Source: an uncultured Nitrososphaerota archaeon
Lineage (GTDB): Archaea; Thermoproteota; EX4484-205; JAAOZP01
NCBI GenBank assembly: GCA_964416155.1
Contig: CAYQCW010000005.1
Coordinates: forward strand, 32,001 to 96,000
DNA: 64,000 nucleotides
Direction: 5' to 3'
The position numbers and the translations under genes are program-made. Below are positions 29,051-38,590 of this stretch, in pieces. The notes below the pieces were generated by a model. That model saw nothing but the letters and a program-made list of their open reading frames with translations. It ran no database searches and was not told the DNA's origin. Positions within the stretch are counted from its first letter, which is position 1, and every line of letters begins with the position of its first letter.

Positions 29051-30013
29051 ATGAGCGTAGCCGATCTCCTATGGGTGGAGAAGTATAGACCCAGGTCTCT
29101 CGACGAAATAATCGACAGGGAGGAGGTTGTGAGCAGGCTGAAATCCTTCATTAAAATAGGCAATGTTCCTAACATGCTTTTCGTAGGCCCCCCTGGAACT
29201 GGGAAAACAACTGCGGCACTAGCTCTTGTAAACGACCTGTATCAGGGTTCCGCTTCCGGAAGGTTCCTGGAGCTTAACGCTTCAGACGAGAGGGGTATAA
29301 ACACGGTAAGGGAGGTAGTCAAGGATTTTGCAAGAAGCCGGCCTTCAACGGGTGTCCCTTTCAAAATACTTATACTGGATGAGAGCGACAACATGACTCA
29401 GGATGCTCAACAGGCCCTTAGGAGAATAATGGAGAGGTATGCTTCTGTGACTAGGTTTATCCTCTTGGCGAATTATCAGTGGGGAATAATTGAGCCTATT
29501 CAATCTAGATGCGCGGTCTTCCGGTTTCCACCTTTGAGCCCCACGCATATAAGGGAGGGCTTAATAAGAGTGCTTGAAAAAGAGGGTGTCTCCTGGTCTG
29601 AGGAAGCGTTGGAGGAAATAATTAAGGCTTCAAGAGGAGATATGAGGAAAGCGATAAACATTGCTCAGTCTGCATCAGGCGGTTCCAAGAAGCTTACTAA
29701 GGAGAGTATCCTGCAGGTTGTGGGCGTTCTGCACCCTAGGGAAATAAGGGAGATGATTAACGAGGCTTTGAAAGGAGATTTTGGCTCTGCAAGGAAGAGG
29801 CTGGCTAAGCTTCTCTACGATGACGGTTTATCGGCAAACGACATTCTTAGAGAAATGAATACCGAGCTGATGTCTATTGAGATGGATGAGAGAAAGAGGT
29901 TTCAGGTTGTTAACGCCTTGGGGGAAGCCAACTTCAGGGCGTCGATGGGTGCTGATGCTGAGATACAGATAAGCACCGTATTGGCTGCTCTAACGGCTGA
30001 CTTTCAGAAATGA
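29051..30013 (+). CDS. rfcS: Replication factor C small subunit
   Basis: WVEKYRP, GPPGTGKT, ELNASDERG, DESD, SRC. Confidence 0.96.
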   Translation: MSVADLLWVEKYRPRSLDEIIDREEVVSRLKSFIKIGNVPNMLFVGPPGTGKTTAALALVNDLYQGSASGRFLELNASDERGINTVREVVKDFARSRPSTGVPFKILILDESDNMTQDAQQALRRIMERYASVTRFILLANYQWGIIEPIQSRCAVFRFPPLSPTHIREGLIRVLEKEGVSWSEEALEEIIKASRGDMRKAINIAQSASGGSKKLTKESILQVVGVLHPREIREMINEALKGDFGSARKRLAKLLYDDGLSANDILREMNTELMSIEMDERKRFQVVNALGEANFRASMGADAEIQISTVLAALTADFQK

Positions 30014-31242
30014 GTGGTTCAAAGCTAAGCTGGGTGGAGAAATATAAGCCGAGGACTCTAGACGAAATAGTTGGAAACGACGCGGCTAAGAAGGATTTCA
30101 TAGACTGGCTTCAAAGATGGGATGAGCGCGGCAAGGCTGCTATGCTTCACGGCCCACCCGGCGTTGGGAAAACCGTGCTCGTCGAGGTTGCAGCCTCCAC
30201 ACTCAGCTACAGGCTGATAGAGACGAACGCAAGCGACACTAGGAGGGAGGACTACTTGGAGAACGTCATTAAGCCTGCTGCTTTTAATAGGAGCCTCTTC
30301 AGCAGCAGACTGATGGTTTTTTTCGACGAAATAGATGGTATTTCAAGAGAAGACTCAGGAGCCTTAAGTTTCATTCTTGAGCTAATAGAGACCTCTAGAG
30401 TACCGATCGTTATGGCTGCGAACGATCCTTGGTCTCCAAGCTTGTTTAGAATAAGAGACAGGGTGTACATGATTCCGATGCACCGGATAAGGGTGCAAAG
30501 CATTGTTAAAAGACTTAGGGATATCTGCAGAAATGAAGGAGTTAGGTGTAAGCAGGAGGTTCTCATGGTGATTGCAGAACACTCTGAGGGAGATATGAGG
30601 GCCGCGATAGAAGACTTGGAGCTTCTTTATTCTTCCCGTGAAGACGTGGATCTTGACGAGGCGGATAAAATACTGTCTTACAGGAACGTTGAGAGGAACA
30701 TATTTGAAACACTAAGGACGGTTGCTTTCGCCACCACCTTGGAAAAAGCTTTAACAACATTATCTTCATCGGAGGAGAAGCCTGAAGACATGTTCGAATG
30801 GGTTTTTGAAAACGTTCCTCATGTTTCGCCAAGACAATCGCTATACCAGTCTTTGAGATGTGTTGCTGAAGCCGATTTTCTTTTTAAACAAATATCGAAA
30901 AACTCCATGTGGAAGCTTTTGCCCTGCTTCTATAATAAGCTGGCCAGCGCTTTCCTCGTTATCCCCCAGAAAAACAGAGCTAGTTTCTCGTTTCCAAACA
31001 GGATGAGGGAGAGGTTTAAAAGGTTTCAGCGCGAGAAAAACTTCAGGGAGCTCGAATCCTTTTTCATGAAAGATCTTCACGTAGGCAGGGCTGCATTCAG
31101 AAGAGATTTAATCCCTCTCCTCCGGTTCCTCTCTAAGAACGAGGATTTCAGAAGGAGCCTGCTTAACAGGCTGGTTGACCAGCATTTGAAAGAGCTTTAC
31201 AGCTCAGTTATTCTTGGAGAGGCTCGCAAGAGGTTTTCTTAA
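30010..31242 (+). CDS. rfcL: Replication factor C large subunit
   Basis: WVEKYKP, GPPGVGKT, NASD, DEID, GDMRAAI. Confidence 0.93.
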   Translation: MSGSKLSWVEKYKPRTLDEIVGNDAAKKDFIDWLQRWDERGKAAMLHGPPGVGKTVLVEVAASTLSYRLIETNASDTRREDYLENVIKPAAFNRSLFSSRLMVFFDEIDGISREDSGALSFILELIETSRVPIVMAANDPWSPSLFRIRDRVYMIPMHRIRVQSIVKRLRDICRNEGVRCKQEVLMVIAEHSEGDMRAAIEDLELLYSSREDVDLDEADKILSYRNVERNIFETLRTVAFATTLEKALTTLSSSEEKPEDMFEWVFENVPHVSPRQSLYQSLRCVAEADFLFKQISKNSMWKLLPCFYNKLASAFLVIPQKNRASFSFPNRMRERFKRFQREKNFRELESFFMKDLHVGRAAFRRDLIPLLRFLSKNEDFRRSLLNRLVDQHLKELYSSVILGEARKRFS

Positions 31243-31519
31243 CCAAGTCCAGCAACAGACGAATATTCTGGTTCTCCTGGTTTATCATGTATATTCTGAT
31301 CCTCCCGAAAGACTTTTCCTTTACCAGCCCCATTTCGACCATCCTGCCGATCCTCTTCTTTACAACATTGTGGTTCAGATTAGTCTGTCTTATTATTTCA
31401 GAAAGACTCATCTCGCCATTTCTCAGCAGTCTCCAGAATATTCTTGACCCGCTAACAGAGTTCGATATCTCTTCCAGCATGCTTATAATCTCATCGCCCA
31501 GTTTAAATCCTTCCTCCAA
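31208..31519 (-). CDS. Small winged-helix protein downstream of cdc6
   Basis: SLSEIIRQTNLNH...GLVKEKSFGRIRIY. Confidence 0.75.
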   Translation of the reverse strand: MEEGFKLGDEIISMLEEISNSVSGSRIFWRLLRNGEMSLSEIIRQTNLNHNVVKKRIGRMVEMGLVKEKSFGRIRIYMINQENQNIRLLLDLVKKTSCEPLQE

Positions 31520-32490
31520 ACTACGCCTGTCCTACCACCCTCAAAACTTGAGACTTTAAAATCCAAAAGCATCTTGTTTTCAAGAATTCTTATTTTTTTC
31601 CAAAGCTGCGTATATCCTAAGGGCTTAATCCCGTTCTCCTTAGCGATGATCCTGTATTCTTCAAAAAGATTTTTGAGACGTATTTTTGGAGTATGTTCTG
31701 AAACAATTTTCAGAATCATTCTCTCATGAACATCGCTAAGATTTGCATTCATGTATTCTAAGGGATTATCGGCTAGTTTTCTCGAAATCCTTAAAACATG
31801 TTTTTCATCAACATGCTTATCCTTTGAAGTGCTTAAAGAGGTTTTTAGAATCTCTAGGGCGAGCCGGATATCTCCGCTAAAACTTGCTATTCTGCTTACA
31901 GTGTTCAAAGCCTGCTTATCCACGGAGAAACCTTCATGCCACCTGAGAAATTCCATAAGAATAGTGCGAATCTCCTCAGAAGTATATGGCCTAAAGTATA
32001 TTGTGTAAGCGGGCGGTGGAACCCTGCTGATGTCAACCGGAATGCTATCTGATCTGAAGATCAACATTATGAAAAAGCTCCCTCGAGGGAAAGCCTCACT
32101 GATCCTTAAAACTGTAGAAACATGTTTATCTTCAGACGAAAAACTTTCAATGTTGTCGATCACTATGAGAAACCTGTTCCTTAGAAGGCGGAGTATTTCC
32201 AGTCCAGAATAGCCTCTTAGGCCGCACGCATGTTGAAGAGCGCTGAATAACCCCCGGCACCCGGCGGCTTCAGGATCAAGATAGATCTGTTCAAGGTTTT
32301 TCCAAGCGTGTTTAGCATTATCCATAATCCTCCTCGCAACGGTTGTTTTCCCGGTTCCCGGCCCTCCCCATATTATTACCATTACAGTCAAAGGGTCCTC
32401 GCTTTCCATGAACATTCTCAGAAGCATCCATATCTTTCCATACTCTTCAACTCTCAGCCGGATCGATTCCCTGCCTAAGGCTTCTTCCAA
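31483..32490 (-). CDS. cdc6: Divergent Orc1/Cdc6-family protein
   Basis: GGPGTGKT, FRPYTSEEI, GDIRLAL, C-terminal wHTH ending GGRT; Walker B reads IDNIE. Confidence 0.75.
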   Translation of the reverse strand: MEEALGRESIRLRVEEYGKIWMLLRMFMESEDPLTVMVIIWGGPGTGKTTVARRIMDNAKHAWKNLEQIYLDPEAAGCRGLFSALQHACGLRGYSGLEILRLLRNRFLIVIDNIESFSSEDKHVSTVLRISEAFPRGSFFIMLIFRSDSIPVDISRVPPPAYTIYFRPYTSEEIRTILMEFLRWHEGFSVDKQALNTVSRIASFSGDIRLALEILKTSLSTSKDKHVDEKHVLRISRKLADNPLEYMNANLSDVHERMILKIVSEHTPKIRLKNLFEEYRIIAKENGIKPLGYTQLWKKIRILENKMLLDFKVSSFEGGRTGVVWRKDLNWAMRL

Positions 32491-32609
32491 GGCCTATGCT
32501 GGACACTATCTTGCCATGCTGCTTATTTTGGATTGCGAATGTAAATTGGTGAGGGAGAGAGTAGGGTGAATAAGTAATGTTTTTAAGGAACCCTGGGAAA
32601 CGCATAGTG

Positions 32610-32762
32610 ATGCCGGAACTTCAGTGTTTAGCCTGCAACAGGGTTATAAGCGAGGAGGAAATGTCGGAGTTTAGAGGAGATGTGAGATGTCCCTATTGCG
32701 GCTTCAGGGTTCTGAAGAAGACACGTTCGAAAAAGATTGCTAAACAGGTTTTTTCCGAGTAA
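32610..32762 (+). CDS. rpoP: RNA polymerase subunit Rpo12 (P)
   Basis: CLAC...VRCPYCGFRVLKKTR. Confidence 0.9.
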   Translation: MPELQCLACNRVISEEEMSEFRGDVRCPYCGFRVLKKTRSKKIAKQVFSE

Positions 32763-32793
32763 ACTTTATATAAAGCTCCTTAGGCCTCTATCG

Positions 32794-32873
32794 GGGAAAC
32801 GGTGAGGGTCGTCCTCCGTGTATTGCTTGATTCTAAATATCCGTGAGGACATCCCCCACCCTCACCGTTTTCC
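32794..32873 (+). ncRNA. Putative small structured RNA (long bulged hairpin)
   Basis: AAACGGTGAGGGT (32797-32809) pairs perfectly with ACCCTCACCGTTT (32858-32870); inner GTCCTC/GAGGAC; TTTATATA at 32765-32772. Confidence 0.45.
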
Positions 32874-33002
32874 GTTAACCATTACGATGGTGGGGCTCAT
32901 GCTTCAAGATTCTTTAAAAAAAGCTAGTCTGGCGGCAGAGCGAGTGAAAAAAATAATTTCTGAAAACAAAGTTTTTAAACCGGTTGAAGAGCTTTGAAGA
33001 AG

Positions 33003-33092
33003 GGGGTCGTCGTCTAGAGTTGAAACGGGCAGCTTGGTCTAGGATACCAGCCTGGGGCGCTGGCGACCTGGGTTCAAATCCCGGCGACCCCA
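33003..33092 (+). tRNA. tRNA-Pro(GGG) with a 15-nt intron at position 15/16
   Basis: Acceptor GGGGTCG/CGACCCC-A, anticodon arm CCAGC-CTGGGGC-GCTGG, T loop TTCAAAT; removing 33018-33032 restores the D arm; CCA not encoded. Confidence 0.93.
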
Positions 33093-33182
33093 TTGTTTTA
33101 ACCATACTTACTAGCCTAACTTCTCTGCAAATTCCCATGCTTCCCGAAAAGTTTATACGTCTACTTCTTCCTCTGTTCAACG

Positions 33183-33407
33183 TTGCCTGCTTACTATTGT
33201 CCAGAATGCGGGGGAGAGTTGAGATACGAGCCCACTACTAAGATATATATTTGCAAGGCATGTGGAAGAGTTTACGAGTTGGAGGAGCTGAAGACCACCA
33301 AGGAAAGGTTCCTGAAATCTGTGATGGAAAGCGATGAGGAGAAGAGGAAGAAGCGTAGGCGGGAAATTGTTAAATGGTGGCTTGACGAGAAGTCGGCAGA
33401 GGAGTAG
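33183..33407 (+). CDS. Small CPxCG zinc-ribbon protein
   Basis: YCPECGG...YICKACG, charged helical tail. Confidence 0.75.
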   Translation: MPAYYCPECGGELRYEPTTKIYICKACGRVYELEELKTTKERFLKSVMESDEEKRKKRRREIVKWWLDEKSAEE

Positions 33408-33589
33408 CTCAGCATCCTTTTTCCATTGGTTCAAATTGCTTTTCATTCCTAAAATGGGTTGAACATCAGAAATAAATGTAAATGAGTGATTAAGCAGATT
33501 GGATAAATGTCTTTTCGAACCTCTGGAGCATTCAGCCGGGCTATGAGTAATTTTTAAAAGCCTAGGGTTTTCCGAGTCTATTAACGAGA

Positions 33590-34849
33590 ATGACTGATCT
33601 AGCTGATCGTTTTAGGCTTTCTAGCTTCAGCGGTGAGGAAAAACAATACGTTGAGCAGATAATGCTTGACGTAAGGAAGAGGGGAGACAAGGCGCTTTTA
33701 GACTACACTTCTCGCCCCAAGCCTTTCGACCATGTCAGGCTTGCCAAGAGCCAGCTTATGGTCAGTGAGAAAGAGCTTAAAGAAGCTGAAGAGAGAATAA
33801 CGGTTGAAGTTAAGAAAGCAATCCTTTTTTTGATGAAAAACGTTAGGAAGGTAGTTAAGCTGCAGATGAGGGCTTTTCGGCCAATCGCCTTCCGGGGGAG
33901 AGGATTCGAGTATTCCCTGCGTCCATACCCTCTTGAGAGAATTGGTGTTCTGGTTCCGGGTGGAAGAGCATCCTACGTTTCAACGTTAGTCATGGCGGCT
34001 TACCCGGCTGTCTTAGTTGGCGTTAGGGAGATTCATGTTTTAACTCCCCCGAGGCCAGACGGGTCTGTCAATCCAGCGATACTTTACGCTGCTAGGCTAA
34101 CGGGTTTAACAAGGGTTTACAGGTGCAACATGGTTGCAGGGGTGGGTGCTTTTGCTTTCGGTACAGAGTCCATTCCAAGGGTTGACAAGATATTCGGCCC
34201 AGGAAACAAGTTTGTGATGATAGCGAAGATGATTGCGAGCAGTTATGGTGTTTCGATAGATATTCCCGCCGGGCCTTCGGAGCTCGTTGTGCTCGCGGAT
34301 TCGAGCGCAGACCCTGGTTTAATAGCGCTAGACCTAGCTGCGCAGGCTGAGCACTCGCCAGATGCTTTTACAGCACTCATCACAGATTCACACCGAATAG
34401 CGAAATCCGTTGAGAAAATGTTCAGGATTATTTCGGAAAGGAGCCTTTTAAAAGCAAGGCTGAACCTATATCTGGTCAATTCCATCGATGAAGGTGTGGG
34501 GAAATGCAACATGTTGGCGCCGGAACATGCTTCACTGCACGTCAAGAATCCTAGGGAGATAGCTAGTAAGCTGACGGTTGCGGGAACGGTTTTCCTAGGA
34601 GGATGTTCGCCACCGGCTGTAGGGGATTATGCCTCTGGGAGCAACCATATTCTTCCAACCTCCGGGTATGCGAAAGCAAGGGGCGGGGTGACTGTAATAG
34701 ACTACCTAAGACTCGTCTCCTATCAGGGTTTTTCCGCGAAATATGTGGAATCGGTTAGCAGGCATGTTGAGGCCCTAAGCAGTGCAGAAGGCCTCCCTCT
34801 TCATGGTGCGAGCGTTAAGGCGAGGCTCACTAGGAGGCTGGCCGTATGA
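33590..34849 (+). CDS. hisD: Histidinol dehydrogenase
   Basis: VPGG, KIFGPGN, PAGPSE, AQAEH, APEH, GDY.SGSNHILPT. Confidence 0.93.
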   Translation: MTDLADRFRLSSFSGEEKQYVEQIMLDVRKRGDKALLDYTSRPKPFDHVRLAKSQLMVSEKELKEAEERITVEVKKAILFLMKNVRKVVKLQMRAFRPIAFRGRGFEYSLRPYPLERIGVLVPGGRASYVSTLVMAAYPAVLVGVREIHVLTPPRPDGSVNPAILYAARLTGLTRVYRCNMVAGVGAFAFGTESIPRVDKIFGPGNKFVMIAKMIASSYGVSIDIPAGPSELVVLADSSADPGLIALDLAAQAEHSPDAFTALITDSHRIAKSVEKMFRIISERSLLKARLNLYLVNSIDEGVGKCNMLAPEHASLHVKNPREIASKLTVAGTVFLGGCSPPAVGDYASGSNHILPTSGYAKARGGVTVIDYLRLVSYQGFSAKYVESVSRHVEALSSAEGLPLHGASVKARLTRRLAV

Positions 34850-35619
34850 AAGCTGTCTTCCTAATAGGTACTGCTGGAAGCGGTAAGACAACCTTTGTAA
34901 AAAACTTCTCACAATGGATGGAGGATAAGGGGGTGGATGTTGCAAGGATCAACTTGGATCCAGGAGTTATAAGCCTGCCCTATTCTGCTGGTTTTGACGT
35001 TAGAACATACGTTGACACGGAGAGGCTGATGAGGGATATTGGACTCGGGCCTAATAGTGCCCTGACGGTTGCTTCAGACCTTATAGCTGTGAAGGTTCAT
35101 GAGATAAGTGGGGAGATTGAAGCAATGGGTCATGAGCTTGCCCTCATCGACACTCCTGGCCAGATAGAGCTTTTCGCTTTTAGACCAGTTGGGAGAGCAT
35201 TCTCTGAGAGATTCCTGAAGGGTCCGAGGATGGTAATATACCTGTTTGATTACGTACTAATGCTTGAACCATTGAGCTTCTTAGCCTCGCTCTACCTAAG
35301 CATTTCTGTTTACGCTTCCCTCGCGATGCCTCAGCTTAACGTTATTAACAAGGTTGATTTAGTTAACCCCCGCGTGGTTAAGAGGATTGAAGAATGGTAT
35401 TCTAACCCTTTGAAGCTCTACGAGGCCATTACTAAATCATACAGGGGGGAGAAACTGAAGCTTGGGCAAGAGCTTTCAAGAGCATTGTCTCTCTTAAGCA
35501 GCCTAAATAAGCCTCTGCCTGTTTCAGCCGTCACGATGGAGGGATTTGTAGATGTTTATTCTCAGGTGACAAGGATTCTCGGTACAGGCGAGGAATTCTC
35601 GCACGAACAGGCTTTTTAA
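34846..35619 (+). CDS. GPN-loop GTPase
   Basis: GTAGSGKT, NLDPG, LGPN, DTPGQIE, NKVD. Confidence 0.92.
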   Translation: MKAVFLIGTAGSGKTTFVKNFSQWMEDKGVDVARINLDPGVISLPYSAGFDVRTYVDTERLMRDIGLGPNSALTVASDLIAVKVHEISGEIEAMGHELALIDTPGQIELFAFRPVGRAFSERFLKGPRMVIYLFDYVLMLEPLSFLASLYLSISVYASLAMPQLNVINKVDLVNPRVVKRIEEWYSNPLKLYEAITKSYRGEKLKLGQELSRALSLLSSLNKPLPVSAVTMEGFVDVYSQVTRILGTGEEFSHEQAF

Positions 35620-35654
35620 ACTATTTCTGGGCATGGGAAATATTTATTAAACCA

Positions 35655-36551
35655 TTGTTGAGGTTCCTCAACGATTTGCCCGCCTTCCAGGAAACAGAGG
35701 GCCTTGAGACAAGGGCTTATGTTAGAGAGATTGAGAAAGAGCTTAAGAAACAGAAGGAGAAGCTTACAGAGCTCGTAACCCGTAGAAGACAGTTAAGGGA
35801 CGAGATTGCAGCAATAAGCAAGCAGATTGATGAATATGTTGCTAAGAGAAATGAGCTTAACGATCAGATTAAGAAGATTAAGGGTGATATAGAGCAGCTA
35901 AGGGCTTCAGAGAAAAACCTTAAGGAGGAAATGGAGCGTAAAAGAGTAGTCATAAAAAGCCGTTCCAAGAAGATAAGGATAAGTGAGAGGGAGGCTAGGG
36001 CGCAGCTCTCCAAGCTCGAATGGAGGCTTGCGACGGAGCATTTAGAACCTAAAGAGGAGGCTGAGCTTGTTAAAGAGATCGAGAGAGCCAGGGTGATTCT
36101 GCGCGAGGTTGAAGCAGTCGTCAACATGAAGAAGAACATCGGTGATTTCGAAAAGAAGATAGGTGAAAAAACCTCCATGATAATGGAGAAGAATAATGAG
36201 AAGGCTAAGCTTGTCGAATCCTCTAATCTTTATCATGCTAAGATTAAACAGCTTTTGGAGGATAAGAGAATAAAGAAGGACGAGCTTGCTAAACTTGATT
36301 CAGAGATAGATGAGGCTAAGAAGAAGAAGGACGAACTTTTCATGAAAATGGTTGAGATAGATGCTAAATCCTACTTGGCGAGAATGAGGCGTGTGCTCAT
36401 GATGCAGGAGGAACATGCTAAGCGTTTAAAAATGGAGGAAGCTGTTAGAAGCAAGCTTGCTCTTGACGCTCAGGAGAAGCTTAAGCGCGGCGAGTCGCTG
36501 GACTGGGAAGAGTTTAAGGCTATGATAGAGGCGCAGGGTGGTCAATCCTAA
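35655..36551 (+). CDS. Archaeal coiled-coil protein (COG1340-like)
   Basis: Continuous heptads, LEWRLATEHL...EE..LV, C-terminal EKLKRGESLDWEEF. Confidence 0.75.
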   Translation: MLRFLNDLPAFQETEGLETRAYVREIEKELKKQKEKLTELVTRRRQLRDEIAAISKQIDEYVAKRNELNDQIKKIKGDIEQLRASEKNLKEEMERKRVVIKSRSKKIRISEREARAQLSKLEWRLATEHLEPKEEAELVKEIERARVILREVEAVVNMKKNIGDFEKKIGEKTSMIMEKNNEKAKLVESSNLYHAKIKQLLEDKRIKKDELAKLDSEIDEAKKKKDELFMKMVEIDAKSYLARMRRVLMMQEEHAKRLKMEEAVRSKLALDAQEKLKRGESLDWEEFKAMIEAQGGQS

Positions 36552-36637
36552 CTGGGATAGTTTATAGTCGTTTTTAGAATTTTTGGACATACAAAAGTTT
36601 TTTAACTATAGAATGCTTAATCATAATAAAGAGCCCA

Positions 36638-37759
36638 TTGGAAGAGAATGCTAAAAGGGCGTTAATCATATGCGTGGATATGGATGACGATGTGGGCAGT
36701 AAGACCGGGTTAGAGACCCCCATAATCGGGAGGGATAACGTGCTTAGAGCGGCTGAAAAGCTTGCTCTAGTCGATCCTGAGGAGGCTGATTCAAACGCTA
36801 TGTTCGCGTCAATCAGGCTTTCCGACGAGCTTTTTCAAAAAGGCTATTTGACGGAGGTCAGCGTGATCGGCGGCGTAAGGGACGGTGGTCTTGAAGCATC
36901 CCGAAAGGCTATAGATGAGATAACGCGCATCGCAAACTCCTTCAACCCCTCAGAGGTCTACGTTGTGACAGACGGGTTTGGAGAAGAGGACATTGAGCCC
37001 GTCATAAGGGCGAAGCTGCCTCTTGCCGGTGTGAAAAGGGTTGTAGTTAAGCAGAGCCGTTCAATCGAGGCATCCTACATAATATTCGGAAGATATTTGA
37101 AAATGCTTTTTTCGGATCAAAGGTTTAAGAAATGGTTCCTCGGGCTTGGAGGCATCCTCATAATTACGTTAACTATCTTAAGCTACTATGGCTCCATAAG
37201 GGAGGTTTCAACCGCCTTCTGGAGCATAATAGGTTTAGCTGTTTTGATGAAGGGATTTGACCTAGACAGGCTTGTTTCAGCTGGTCTTAAACATGTTTTT
37301 GGGGGCGAGATGCCTCCGCAATTCCTAATACTTAAAACACTGTTACTAACCACAGGCATATCCCTAATCCTGTTTGCCCTTTCCACAGGGCTTTCCGCAG
37401 GGTCTCTCCCAGATGAAACCTTAATAGCTAGAACCGGAAGGTTCATCGCGCAGACAATCGATGTCCTGCTTTTCGGCTTTGCGATAACACTTTTGAGCGG
37501 TGCAATAAAATATCCTTTAACGGCTTCAAGCATTCAAGACTCGCTAACAATACTCGCGAACATAGTGACCCTTATCCCCATGCTTAGAACACTGGGGCTG
37601 GCTATAGCAACCCCCTCGTTCGAGCTTAGGATACTCCTCCACGTCAGCCTTCTCACCCTCGTGCTTGTTTTCGCGGTAAACGTCATGGTTTTCTTAACGA
37701 TGAGGCTTCTCTACTCGCTGAAAATACTTAAAATCAGCCAGAGAACAAAGATAGCCTAA
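36638..37759 (+). CDS. DUF373 family membrane protein
   Basis: CVDMDDDVG, DPEEADSN, VTDG..D, VVVKQSRSIE, C-terminal TMs. Confidence 0.88.
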   Translation: MEENAKRALIICVDMDDDVGSKTGLETPIIGRDNVLRAAEKLALVDPEEADSNAMFASIRLSDELFQKGYLTEVSVIGGVRDGGLEASRKAIDEITRIANSFNPSEVYVVTDGFGEEDIEPVIRAKLPLAGVKRVVVKQSRSIEASYIIFGRYLKMLFSDQRFKKWFLGLGGILIITLTILSYYGSIREVSTAFWSIIGLAVLMKGFDLDRLVSAGLKHVFGGEMPPQFLILKTLLLTTGISLILFALSTGLSAGSLPDETLIARTGRFIAQTIDVLLFGFAITLLSGAIKYPLTASSIQDSLTILANIVTLIPMLRTLGLAIATPSFELRILLHVSLLTLVLVFAVNVMVFLTMRLLYSLKILKISQRTKIA

Positions 37760-38562
37760 TGCTAGGGATCGTGGAAAGCATTGCTTCAAGAATTTCGAGA
37801 AACAGGCTATCCCTATGGCTTTACGAGAAGGCGCTCGTAAGGCAGGTTAGACAGCTACCGCCCCCGAAACACATAGGCATAATAATGGATGGTAACCGAA
37901 GGTGGGCCGAATCAAAAGGCTTAGAAAGATACTTGGGGCATGTTTTCGGCGCGAAAAAGGTCGGCGAGGTTCTCAAATGGTGCTATGATCTCGGCATCAA
38001 CACAGTAACTCTCTACGTTTTCTCAACCGAGAACCTTAAAAGGCCACGTGAAGAAGTCGAGTTGATATTAAAGCTCTTCAAAGACAAGCTTATCGAGATG
38101 ATGGACAAAAAGGTTCTGCACGAGAGTGGGACGCATCTAAAGGTAATAGGTAGGAGAGAACTTATTCCCGAGGAGATCATGCAGTACGTTAAGAAAATAG
38201 AGATGGAAACAGAGGGCTATTCCTCACACTATTTGAACATAGCCTTCGCATATGGCGGGAGGGCCGAAATCGTAGACGCCGTTAAGAGTATTGCTCGAGA
38301 AGTTGCTGAAGGATTTTTGGAACCGAGCAGCATAGATGAGGAAACTATTTCTAAAAGGCTCTACACTGCTCATCTTCCTGAGCCTGATCCAGATCTAATA
38401 ATAAGAACCTCTGGAGAGGAGCGGCTCAGCAACTTTCTCCTCTGGCAGTCGGCATACAGTGAGCTAGCGTTCATAGATGTGTATTGGCCTGAGTTTAGGA
38501 GGATAGACCTGCTTAGAGCAATAAGAACGTATCAGAGGAGGAAGAGGAGATTCGGTCTTTGA
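37759..38562 (+). CDS. uppS: cis-polyprenyl diphosphate synthase
   Basis: IMDGNRRW, FSTEN, YGGRAEI, RTSGEERLSNFLLWQ, RRFG. Confidence 0.96.
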   Translation: MLGIVESIASRISRNRLSLWLYEKALVRQVRQLPPPKHIGIIMDGNRRWAESKGLERYLGHVFGAKKVGEVLKWCYDLGINTVTLYVFSTENLKRPREEVELILKLFKDKLIEMMDKKVLHESGTHLKVIGRRELIPEEIMQYVKKIEMETEGYSSHYLNIAFAYGGRAEIVDAVKSIAREVAEGFLEPSSIDEETISKRLYTAHLPEPDPDLIIRTSGEERLSNFLLWQSAYSELAFIDVYWPEFRRIDLLRAIRTYQRRKRRFGL

Positions 38563-38590
38563 AGGCTTTAAGGGAAGCGGCTGAAGAGGC

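Noticed and set aside
32794-32874. tRNA-Pyl (GGAAAC...TCTAAA...TTTCCG resemblance)
   Set aside because: Folds as one long hairpin without D or T arms; no pyl genes in the window
32914-33241. ORFs 32914-33180 (-) and 32984-33241 (+)
   Set aside because: They overlap the tRNA-Pro gene; shadow ORFs
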